From NCBI RefSeq assembly GCF_018977255.1, contig NW_024704742.1:53818001-53882000 (forward strand): a stretch of DNA of 64,000 nt. The letters run 5' to 3'. The notes beneath the pieces are model-generated. The model ran no database searches and was not told the DNA's origin. It was given only the letters and a program-made list of their open reading frames with translations. Origin of the DNA: Callorhinchus milii (taxonomy: Eukaryota). Both the position numbers and the translations under genes were made by a program. Shown in pieces: positions 52,584-64,000 of the stretch (position 1 is the first letter of the stretch; each line of letters begins with the position of its first letter).

Positions 52584-53520
52584 TACCTTTTTGGACCACG
52601 TTCTACGATGACTAGTGTAAAACCAAAAATCAGAAAATTCACACTAAATATAGGGGATGAAATTCCGGTGGAATACTTGTAATAATTTAGCACCTTTAAC
52701 GTTGGGAAGACTTCTCAAAGCAATTAATGTAAAGTCTTGTGGCTGTATTTTGTAGGCAAACAGAGCAGCTAATTTTGCAAACAGCAATGTTCCACAAGCA
52801 ACAATAACTTGCATTGATATGGCACTGTTCATGCAGTGGGGGGGGTGGGGTGGGGTGGTGGTGGTGGGGGTGCGGAGATGCGGCTTGGAATGCTGAAACA
52901 ACGATGAAGTAATGACCAATTTTATCTGGGGATTGTTAGCCAGAATAATACATAGGATCATGGAATCATAGAATCTTACAGCACAGAAGGAGGCCATTCA
53001 GCCCCATCATGCCTGTGCTGGCTCTTTGAAAGATCTATCCAAGGAGTTCCAATCATCCGCTTTTGTCCCATAGCCCTGAGCATCATTCTTTTTCATATAT
53101 AACATATATGCACATGTTGAGCTACAACTAACCTCCACCTCAAACAATGCAACGCACTCCTAGTACTTTCTTGGAGTCTCAGCTGAGACTGTAAATTCAA
53201 AGTTCCAACATGTGGATTGAACCCTTAACCTTCTGACTCCGAATCAAGAGTGCTACCAAGTGAGCCAGTTTGACTCCCTACAAAAATTCGTGGAGTTTCT
53301 CCCAGTGCCCTGGCCAACAATCCTCCAGATAAATTGAATATTCAATTCATTCTGTACAAATTCACCATCATGTTTGTCTAAAAATGCACAGTATCCACAG
53401 CATTTCATTTACCTTTGAGACATTTCAATATTATTGGCACTGCATCAAAATTTAAGGATTATTATTGTAGTTCCTGGGATTTGCTTGACATATTTACAGT
53501 TCCCTGTAGGATTTGCTATC

Positions 53521-53891
53521 TGGAACATGCCTTGGGAAAGAATAAATGAATAACATGCAGGTTTTGCTAAACAGGGAAATCACTTTTGTTATCACAAGGG
53601 ATTATCTGGTGTGTAAAGCAGGTAGATTTTCACATACACATCAACCATGTCCGGCTCTCAAGTCAAAATCATGAAAATACACAGAATCCAGTTGCTGTGT
53701 CAATAATGAATGTCACACTTTTTGAACAATATCTGCATTTCAACTGGATTCTGTGTGTTTTCATGATTTTGACTTGAAAGCGGGACATGCCTACTATATA
53801 TGTGAGAATCTACCTACTTTACACACAAAATAATCCCTTGTGATGGTAAAAGTGATGTCATTCAAATATTTTTTTCCAGGGGCATAAACCA
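53521..53891. repeat. Long imperfect palindrome (MITE-like foldback element)
   Basis: Arms 53579-53694 and 53741-53856 are reverse complements (innermost 36 of 37 bp identical) around a 46-bp spacer; weaker outer arms extend to 53521 and 53891. Confidence 0.9.
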
Positions 53892-56800
53892 CATGTCTCA
53901 AAAGATCCGCTGCCGACTACAAGAGTCAGGTCCAGTGAAATCAAAGTTTACAGTGCAAAAATTGGTTACTTGCTATCTCTTCTTCAGATTATAAAAGAAA
54001 TTGAAGACAAAATCCCAATAGAAATCAGCACTGAAATATGTAAAATCTCCAGACTACTGTTTACTTAAGTGAAATGTACAATCCTGGCCAAAATACTTTG
54101 AAGGCTTTGTCATATAAACAGCCCTGGAGCTTTGGGATATGTTGTATTGGAATGTTCTAAAATGTTTGGTTTGTCAGTTTGCTGACTGTCAGCAGAAGTT
54201 GACAAGCAATCTGCAGAACTCGGCAAGGGCAAAGCCTTTCACCCCATACAGCAACCCTTCCCCCTTCCCCCCACCACAGACACAATCATATGTTCTGCAA
54301 TGCCACCAACACCTTACTGTGTTAATCCTACATGCCTTGCAAATTGACAGCCTGTTCAATTAGCTATTCAAACTGTGACCTTTTGCAGACTGCACAGTGT
54401 AATTTAATAAAGTGACTGTGATGTAATGGCCAGATAACAATATTGATCAATACCTACAGAACCTCTACCAGTGAAAAACTCCTAGAGTACAACAAACACA
54501 TTGCATGGTCAGCTGCACATTTAAATAAATATTGCAGTAGATACACAAATTGCAAGATCTAGTCTCAATAATAAAATAAAGAAAGTTAATAATGCCATTA
54601 CAAAAGTGATAGTGAATGCACAGTAGTTAAGGATATGTGTATTGCTCCACAATTCAAATCTTTATTGTTAGATTATACTGCATCAAGAGACAATGGCAAG
54701 TGACAGCTCCACACTTTAAGTTTGATTTTATCAATGAACAGTTCTTATCCATAAAAATAAATTAGTAAATAATCAAGAATCCAGGAGTGTGAAGCTGTTG
54801 CTTCTGTTTTTTGGGGAGGGAGATTGACAATGTAGCAGAAAGTGTGATGTTTACAAATCAAATTTGTGCTATTGGTTATAATTTCTGGTTTGTGTCTGTG
54901 AGATTCACGGCCAAATTTGCCAAATTGCCAATTGCTAAACTGACAAAATCCAAGAACAAAAACAACAACAACTTACTTTTATACTGTGCCTTTAAAATAG
55001 AGTAGCATATCAGAGCACTTAACAGTGGCACAGTTTGACCGTGAACCAGGGAGATATGGCTGGTGACAATAGGCATGGTTAAAGCCAAAAATCTTCAGAT
55101 GCAATCTAAAAATATGCAAGGAGGAGGGATTGAGGCAGGTGGTTGCAAAGTTTCAGAGCATGGTGGCTGAAAGCACAGCACACCACTAATGGAGCAGAGG
55201 GGACAAAGGACGTGCCGAAGGCTGAAGCCGGCTAGAAAGCAAAATTCTGGCTATTTCCCTTGAGCGTTTTGTTTACCAACCTTTTTGTAAAGTTACCAGC
55301 TTGCAATTCGGCATGTTGCAAACAACTGCACAAATCTCACAGTCTCTATTTGTGAATTAGTTATGGATAGTCACTTGAATCTGCTTTACAAATCCCTATA
55401 TTCTAGAACACAACTCTTCCCCGTTAATGATTTAAATTGCAAATTTACAAGTGTTTTTTTCAGGGGCACTAATAGAAATAACTATTATAGTTGGGCTGGC
55501 AGCTAAACTGAGACTCGTGATTCGTGTTTGTGTCTGATACTATGTGAATGTTGGGAGTGAAAATTTGTATTAAGTGGTAAACCATGGCTGTGGGGAGGAA
55601 ACAAACTCAAGAAGAAATGGATTAATTTAGTCTCTTCTAAGCTTAATAAATACACTTGACTTGAGTGTTCTTAGGCATGAGATATATAAGTGAAATTACT
55701 GCCACATTTTGATGAAACGTAATTATCTTGCAACATACCTGAAATATTCAGAACATTGTGACTGATAGTTTATGAAAATAATACTCTGCATATAGACCCT
55801 TTAAATAACCTGTTAAAATCCTGTACAATTATTGTAGAAGATAACAGCTCATAGCTCATGGCTGCTCATCATATTTTTAATGACATTTAAGTCAAAATGG
55901 ATTGAATAGTTAACAGATAAATGAGGTATTTAATCAACTTTTTGAACTTTAGCCAGAATCACGAAACAAGATTTTTAGTAAAAGGAAAGGGTCATTAATA
56001 CTGGAGTAAAAGCAAATGTAGAGATTCTCTCAGACAATTATTTTGGTCAAAATATCACAATGCCGAGAAGTGTCCAAACCAGACTGAGAGTTCCACATAG
56101 GTATGTATGCCTACTCAGCGAGACACATGATATCATTAGCTTCAGTGGAGGCGCTGGTATCAGCATAGACTCAATGGGCCTAACATTCTTCTTGTACACT
56201 GTAACTCTTATGGTACTAAAGTGTAGAGACATTTTATCTTAAAAAGGCAAATATAAAACTCATGTCAAATTACTGTCTTTCACTCGGGTGACATTTCCCT
56301 ATGTTAACTGAGGAAATGACAACTGTTGCATTGAAATTTATTTCATAGAATTTACATTTTTGCTGCCAGGCAGAATATCTGGAGCTCAGTCAGCAGCACA
56401 TTTATTACCAGGAACCTCAGTGCTAAATCCACTTTGACCTATCAAGGGGAAAGTCATGCCCAACCGATTGGCAACTAAGATGTATATTACGCAAACAAAT
56501 ATGCACGAAAATACACAAAGCTACTCATTCATAAACAGACTTTTATGGTAAGCAGTGCTATTTTTTAATTGCCATTTTCCCCATTGTATTTTTTCCTTCT
56601 AGTTGTGTGGTTCTTAAACACACAGGACACAATCCGGAAAACAACTACCACATTCCATCTGTTTAACTAACGGAGACATGCTTACTGCAGGGCTATGATG
56701 AGCAGAGGTAGTTATCCCATCCTTTGAGATGACATTCCTACCCTCAGGAAGTGTCTAAAGTGTAGCAACCAGCCAGAAACTACTGAAGCTCATCATATAT

Positions 56801-57895
56801 GCAGCTAGAAAAAAACGTGTGACTCAGATACTGCTGGAACTCCAACTATCTCATCAACAAGTGACTCTGATTCAGGTATTCCTTGTCTACTGAAATGCTC
56901 CTGTCTATATTACAATCACTTATTGAACATGCAGTCCTCAATAACAGAATGGTAAGTGAGTCAGTGGAGCACGTTCTATATGTTTTGATAAGTCAGAATA
57001 TTTAATATGTGTATGTTTATCTTATATAGAATTAAGTAAGCGTGGACAATAAATATACTAGTCAGTAGGTATATAAAGAATTACAAAGCTCTGGCCATTA
57101 GGCCCAACTAATCCATTCTAATATTGCTACTCCATAAGAGCCTCCACCCCTCCTAACTCCCTCTTCCTTATCTGCCTATTTCCTCCCACCTCATTTATCC
57201 ATGATTTAAGATGATTTAAGCTTCAAGTTAAGAAAGCTAGCTTGGAGAGAGCTGTTTAAATATCTGATACTGCCTATTATTTTTCAGCATTTGTTATTCT
57301 CTTAAAGGATAAAGGATTACATATTTATTGTGGCTGACTAGTCAAGAAGAAATTGTTCAGAAAGCGTATTGATTTCCAATCTATCATCTCAGAAATTATT
57401 CAACTGATTCAGAAAGAAGAATGATTGACTGGATCTAAAAATATATTATTTTGTGACTAATCAGCAAAATGCCCTGACCTGTCGAATGTTTTATACGCAA
57501 TATAATTATCGGCCTGCTTCATATGCCATCCCAACCACATGACTGTGAACAAGCTTACAAACATTCTACCCCAGGCCAAGAGACCCTTTGTGTCGCCCCT
57601 CTCTCCCATCTTCAAAACACGCCTTAAGACTGATCTTTTCCACAGTGTTTTTGGCCACCTCAACCTGACTCAGACCCCTCATCATACATCTCCCCAGCTC
57701 AGACTGCCAGTCGGCTATGGGAAGCACTTTGCAACGTCCCCCAAAATGCAAGTCGCCGGATAAATGTAAATGGTTATCATTGTTGCACAAACTAAACATT
57801 TTACAGGACTGGGTTGATTCAGAGCAACTGTTGGATTGGTCCAAAGTATTCGCCTCATTAAACTCAATGGAAGGGCTCTAGCCCCGCGATACAGA

Positions 57896-58121
57896 CAGGG
57901 GTGGACTGGATATACAGGAAATCAAGAAATTTCCTGAGTGCCCCATGAATGGCTCCAGATGCTTACCAGCCCAAACACCCTAGTTCATCAGTTTCATTTG
58001 AGCCCAACTAAGTTTTTAAACATGCTGAGATTTTATGATTTTTGGCTTGGTCCTCCTAGCAATTGGCACACACATTTTACAGAACAAGCCTGAGCTCTTT
58101 CAGGTAGCCAGTCTGTCACTG
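57896..58121. mobile_element. hAT-type MITE, 226 bp
   Basis: Imperfect TIRs CAGGGGTGGACTGG and CCAGTCTGTCACTG, flanked by 8-bp GATACAGA and CATACAGA (7 of 8 match, TSD-like). Confidence 0.7.
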
Positions 58122-59357
58122 CATACAGAACACATCGCCAAAACAGTCTATTGCTAAAGGAATAGGAGCCCGATTTGTAGAATTCACAAGACTTCAACTA
58201 ATGCCTTCCATCAATTGCTCTTCCACAAAACACACAGTCCCTCTGCTTCACAATATATCCTGTGACGCACTTTGGGATGTCTTCTTGACCCGAATGGTGC
58301 TATACCAAATGCAAGGATTATTATCGTTATTATCCCAAATCTCAAAATTTCCTAATTCGCTATTCAATGGACTTCTGCCTTCAGCATGGGCCAAGGACAA
58401 AAGATTAATTTGTCCTGGACTTCACAAATGGGCCTAAAGAAACACATGTATGACATGCACAAGATAAATAATGTATACCTGTAACTCTATTACCATGTCA
58501 GTAAACTAAGAAGACTGAATGTGAAAAAACAGTAATGTGGTTTCTCACCATTCTTCATTGGCATAGAAGCACCCAATCTGCCATGAGCCAATTGAGTTTG
58601 TAGTGATCAACAAATACTAGAATCCCGCTCCCCTTTGTTTTGACTGACTGCATAGAAATTCCATCTCTTGTTCTTGGTTTTGTAAGCTCCCAAACCATTA
58701 GGAATTGTCTATATGAAGATAATAGTAACTCAATGGCAGAATCCATTTCCTTTAAGATCCAGTAAATGTTGCCAGTTCCATTACAAACCAAAGTGACATG
58801 ACAGTAGCTCTTAGTGTTTACGTCAAGCTTCAGTGTTTATGCCAGTTGTACAACAGCAGTTGTGCCTCAACATTCAGTTTGTTTCAATCCAAGATGCACA
58901 TTTGGAACGACAATGTCAATGCAGTCCTGGCCTGCCTGTGAAAACCTCGCCAGATGGTGAGGTTAGCAAGTTAAATGTATGTGTTCATTACAACAACAAC
59001 AGATTACATTTATATAGTGCCTTTCATGTCGGGAGGATGTTTCAAGGTGCTGCACAGTTTAGATGGGAAGTGACTGAACCAGCAAAGTTGAAGCAGACAA
59101 TGTAAGATACTGAACCACCATAGTTGAAGCAAACCATCCGCAACAGAAACATTGATTTGCCCATTGCCTTTACAACAACAATTTACAGTTATAAAGCTCC
59201 TTTCGCATCAGGAGAGCATCTTAAAGAGCTTCACACAGCACAGTTCTCTGAGCCTTTGTGTTCCCTCAACAATTACATGGACAATACTGTGCAATATCTT
59301 GCCTTCTTGTAGTAAGATCAAGCACAACGTTTTCACTACCTATATTTATGTTTCAAG

Positions 59358-59679
59358 GTGGAGTCCTGTAGCTCAGTGGTTAGAGCACTCACTTTGCAAG
59401 CGCGAGACCTGAGTTCAATTCCAGGCAGGGCGAAACCTTGGGCAAGTTTCCTTACTCCACACGCCTAATAATAATCCCTCCAAAAAACAAAAAAAACAAT
59501 AATAAATTGGTCATTTTCAATCTACGACTGTTTGTGGGACATTGCTGTGCGCAATTGGCTGCCGCGTTCACCCACAAATATGCAGTCAATTCACTTTACA
59601 GTGTTCTGTGAAGCGCTTTGGGACGTCCTCCTGACGTGAAAAGCGCTATATCAAATGCAAGGATGATTATTATTATTAT
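59358..59679 (+). mobile_element. tRNA(Ala)-derived SINE, short form, full length
   Basis: Intact A and B boxes, retained CpGs, 3' stem-loop and (TTA)n tail. Confidence 0.93.
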
Positions 59680-60629
59680 ATTTACTAATAGTGACTCATG
59701 TCGGCTATCCTCTCATTGTGAAAGGTGATCAACCAATTGAAAGGATTATTATTAACTTTTACTTCAGTACTGAAAGATTTTTCTTGGATCAAGCACTAAA
59801 ATGCAAGCATAATTATAACAATAATAATCTTTGCATTTGATATAGTGACTTATCACACCTTCAAGATGTCTGAAAGCACTTCACAGAATATACTGTAAAG
59901 TGAATTTAAGCATACCCTAAATTGAGGCAGCAAAAGTTCATGTCACTTTGGTCAAGGTTCAGGAGATACTTGATTATTGTGGGGATGGGGTAGATAGAGA
60001 TAAACAATCCACTATCAACACATGTATTCCAATAAAAATGATAGACAAGTTGTTAAACATGCAATTGGAGAACTGCATATAACCCAGCTGTCATAAGGTT
60101 GTACAGATATAATCATAAATGTCCAAGCCAATCCGATGACCTTGCAATGAGAACAGACTGAAAAGGCATCTCTGTCACTAATCTGTGTGCTGAAGCCTGA
60201 TTTCAATTACCGTTAAGTGCTTGTGCTTCTCCGCAGTTGTAATAAGGTATCAATTATTTAAACTAAAAGTAGCATTTCTCCTTGAGAAAATAAATAATTG
60301 TTCAGACATAGTAAATGGGTAGAGAAGGACTTTCAATTGACACAAACATTGGCAAAAGTTGCTATTGTGAAGATATGTTATAATCTAAATAAATAAACAG
60401 TTCAGTTTAGATATTCAGTTATATCACCTGAGATATTCAGTATAATTCCACAAACTTGATGCTTCTGAATTATTATTTCTGCTTTTTTGAGATTGCATAC
60501 CTTTTATTGCATTTCCTCCTTTATAGTTAACTCTTTGCCAATTGTTTGGAAAATGATCAAGTTTGAATAGGGCATTACACTCCAATATCATTTTGGGAGG
60601 CAAAAAACAATCCCAAAGTCCTTTTTTCC

Positions 60630-62370
60630 AACACCCACAACCTCCTCCGTGCTCCCCCTCAGGTCTCCTCAATCTTCACATCTATTGCCAAGTGCGAGGT
60701 CATGGACTTCTTTTCAACCAAAATATATAATATCTGCCAGGCAGCCTCATCTTCCTGCCTCTTGTCAGCCACCACCACCCCCTCTCCATTCCCCTCACCC
60801 TCCCCATCATCAGCTCCTACCAAGACCCCCATCCTACATTCCTTCCTCCCCATCTCTCCTTCCTCCCTATCACCCACAATCACTTCAATGAAACCCACCA
60901 GCTGCTGCCTCGACGCCCTCCCCACCAATTTACTGGTCACCCAGCTCCCCCTCCTCTGCCCACTACCGGCTGATGTCATCAACTAGTCCCTCTCCTCTGG
61001 ATCAGTCCCTGCCCCCCTCAAAATTGCTGTCATAACCCCCCTCCTCAACAAACCTTCCCTAGATCCCTCAAACCCCAGCCACTACCACCCTATTTCAAAC
61101 TTGCCCTTCCTCACCAAAGACCCAGGCGCGTTGTTGCAAATCAACCCCACGCACACCTCTCCTCCCACTCCCTCTTCGAACCCCTCCAGTCTGGTTGCCA
61201 CCCTGCCCACAGTACAGAGACCGCGCTTGTGAAAGTCACAAATGACATCCTCTCTATCTGTGACCAGGGCTCCCTCAGTCGATCACACCATCCTCCTCTA
61301 CCGCCTTTCCTCCGTCATCCACCTCAGTGGGACCGCACTCGCCTGGTTCGAGTCCTGCCTCACGAACTGCCAGCAGTGCATCTGCACAAACAGCTTCTCC
61401 TCCCGCTCTCACCCGGTTACCTGTGGGATACCTCAAGGATCCATCCTTGGCCCCCTCCTCTTTCTGATCTACATGCTCCCTCTTGGGGATGTCATCCACA
61501 GTAATGGGATACACTTCCACATGTATGTGGATGACACCCAACTCTATTTTTCCACCTCACTTTGCGACCCTCAGTCCCATGATGTTCTGTCAGCCTGCCT
61601 GTCGTCCACCTACCAGACCTCCCCCTAAAACTCTCCGAACCTGTACACAACCTAGACGTCAGGTTCGACCTCCAATTATTATTCCTCCCCCACATCCGAT
61701 TCCTCACCAGCACCACTTTCTTCTGCTTCCGACGCATCACCCGTTTCCGCCAATACCTCACTCCAAAAGCCGCTGAAACCCTGGTCCATGCCTTTGTCAC
61801 CTCACGGTTGGACTATTCTGACGCCCTCCTCACCGGTCTCCCCTCCACTACCATCCATAAAATCCAGGTCATCCAAAACTCTGCCGCCCACATTCTTACT
61901 CGCACCAAACTCCGCTCCCCGATTACCCCAGTCCTTACCAGACTGCACTGGCTGCCTGTCCCAGAGAGGATCGACTTTAAAATCCTCACTCTTGTCTTCA
62001 AAACCCTCCACTCCTCTGCACCACCCCCTATCTCTCTGACCTCCTCTCCCCTCAAAACAGTGCCCGTTGCCTTCGCTCCACTGGGTCTGGCCTCCTCCTC
62101 GTCCCCTGAATCTTCCGCTCCACCACCGGCGGACGTGCCTTCAGGCACTACACCACAAGGCTCTGGAACTCCCTTCCTCACTCCCTTCGCCTCGCCCCCT
62201 CTCTTCCTATTTTCAGGTCTCGGCTGAAGACCTTTCTGTTCAACTGCGCATTTGGTGATCTTCCTCCCCTTCTCCCTGGCTCAGCCCCGGGATCCGTTAC
62301 TGTGAAGCGAACTGAGATGCCGTCCAGCGTGGAGGGTGCTATATAAATCCAAGTTGTTATTGTTGTTGAA
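60630..62370 (+). mobile_element. L2 LINE, 5'-truncated ~1.7 kb, disrupted RT
   Basis: MKPTSCCLDALPT, KVTNDIL, GIPQGSILGPLLFLIYM, FHMYVDDTQLY and LHWLPVPERIDFKILTLVFK across frames; TTG-type tail. Confidence 0.95.
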
Positions 62371-64000
62371 GTGAATAAAGACAAAATGCATGCCAGATGG
62401 TCTTTCTTTGCTAAAGTTTGTGTCCAATAAAGTCAAGGAATAATAAGGTCCTTAAAAAGGCAAGAGAATGCTATTGTGATTGAAAATGTTATCCAAGAAA
62501 CAGAAATCAGTACTCCAATAGCAACTTCTGTTGCAGAAGAGCAAATCTCCAGATTCACAGAAAATCAAGCAAAGTGAGGAGAGGGAACCGAGTGGGGAAA
62601 TAAATTGCAAAGGTCATTTTGCAACAGGCAGTTTTCTTTCCAAACTTTATTGGGGAATTCAGATCTTTTCTCAGTCAGGGAAAGGCTTAAAAGCAAACCG
62701 TTGGCTGTAATTCTTGCTTCCAGTTTACGATTGCAGCCAGCAATGGGCTGTTTTGTCAGTTGAGGAAAAGGTCGAAACAATTAACAAAAGTCCATCAGCT
62801 AAACACGAGCCGCAAAACAAAATTCACCAGTCTTCGGGACCACAATTGTTTCCAATTTGTTTATCGTGTCGTCAGTGGTAAATCCAAAATTTATGTCACT
62901 ATTAGCACAATGACTTCTGTATTGCAAACATCACATTTTAACCCCATTGCTTTCAGTGTGAAAAGATTCAGAGTTTGCTTCCCAAATCCATGCTAGTTTA
63001 TATAAAAGAATACACTGAATTTAACAGGAAGTGAATGCTGCAAAATGCAGCATTTCAGACTACAGCCAGAATATGGAAGGAGCTTTCACAATAATCTAGT
63101 CTCTATCCCATGACACTATTCTGTACAATGATCCACGAGTCTTATGCTTTGAAACACAGTTATTTATAACCAATTGTGAGCTTTGTACTACAAGGTGAGA
63201 ACATACTTTCATAGAAATATGGGTATCTTAACAATTAATTTTTAATAAATGTGTTTTATACTATTAGTAAAAATGGTATTTAAAAATTGAATATATCAGA
63301 TAAGTTGAACGCAGCATTTAATGATGATGATTCTGCTCAATTCCTTTATATTAGACTTGTTAAAGCTCGTACGATCAAGTATGGATGTGATAAAGAGGCA
63401 GTATTTACATCTGGCTTTAAGGAGATAGTAAAGCAGTACATTAAGTGCTTTTAAAAAGGATGATTTGCATCAAGGAAAAGAGACAATTAAAAATAGTTGG
63501 GTTCTCTAGGACTGGAGGATTTTTAAAAAATGACTAGAATTTCAAATTCCCTTCACCAATAATAATGCTGCTGCACCAATCCAAGTTAATTTCCCCACTC
63601 GCAAAATAATAAAACCACACTTTCATGTGACATCGTGCTTCATCATGTTGAAATGTCTCAAAAGCACTTCACTCAATGAGCTATTTTGGCGTACTCAGCA
63701 ATTTTCAATGCTCCGTGTGCAGAAGTGCACAACCTCCCGACCCCACCTCGACAGTGAACGCCATGCAAGTTTCCTTAATTATCAGACTGCCAGTTATTCC
63801 TCACAGTGAAAAACAAGGCACTTTCTTCTTGATTTTCTCTTTGGCTGCAGTGTCATTCAATACTGCTCAAGCTGAAACTACCTGAGATTGAGTGTGTGAA
63901 CCAATTCTTCATTTTTTTGTCTTTTTAAACTGGTTTCAGGCAGAGTAAGAAGAGGACTGAATCCCTCATACATAATGTCAAACACAACACCCACAATTTG

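Noticed and set aside
22817..64000. miR-383 hairpin and SGCZ first exon, expected upstream by analogy with human
   Set aside because: I did not find either by eye; 'agccacaat' near 48321 lies in L2 debris. An Infernal or tBLASTn search is needed to exclude them.

Overview
This is vertebrate intronic DNA, probably from a cartilaginous fish. The repeat repertoire resembles that of the holocephalan Callorhinchus milii; this is an inference from recalled family consensus sequences, not a database result. The only host coding sequence I can support is a 195-bp minus-strand exon (22622-22816) of zeta-sarcoglycan (SGCZ), with canonical AG/GTAAG splice sites. The rest of the window therefore appears to be parts of two very large introns (more than 41 kb upstream, more than 22 kb downstream). 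These are filled with decayed L2 and CR1 LINEs, a tRNA(Ala)-headed SINE in long and short forms, Deu-domain SINEs, AmnSINE2-like relics, small TIR elements, a possible solo LTR, a ~370-bp palindrome and a strong CTCF motif. Almost all ORF-track entries are spurious or LINE fragments. I found no convincing new protein-coding system. The best leads are a modular SINE/L2 partnership with a covarying 3' stem-loop, several nested insertions that can be reconstructed to the base, an unclassified three-copy repeat, the long palindrome, and a missing glycosylation sequon in SGCZ. Repeat boundaries were set by eye and are approximate.
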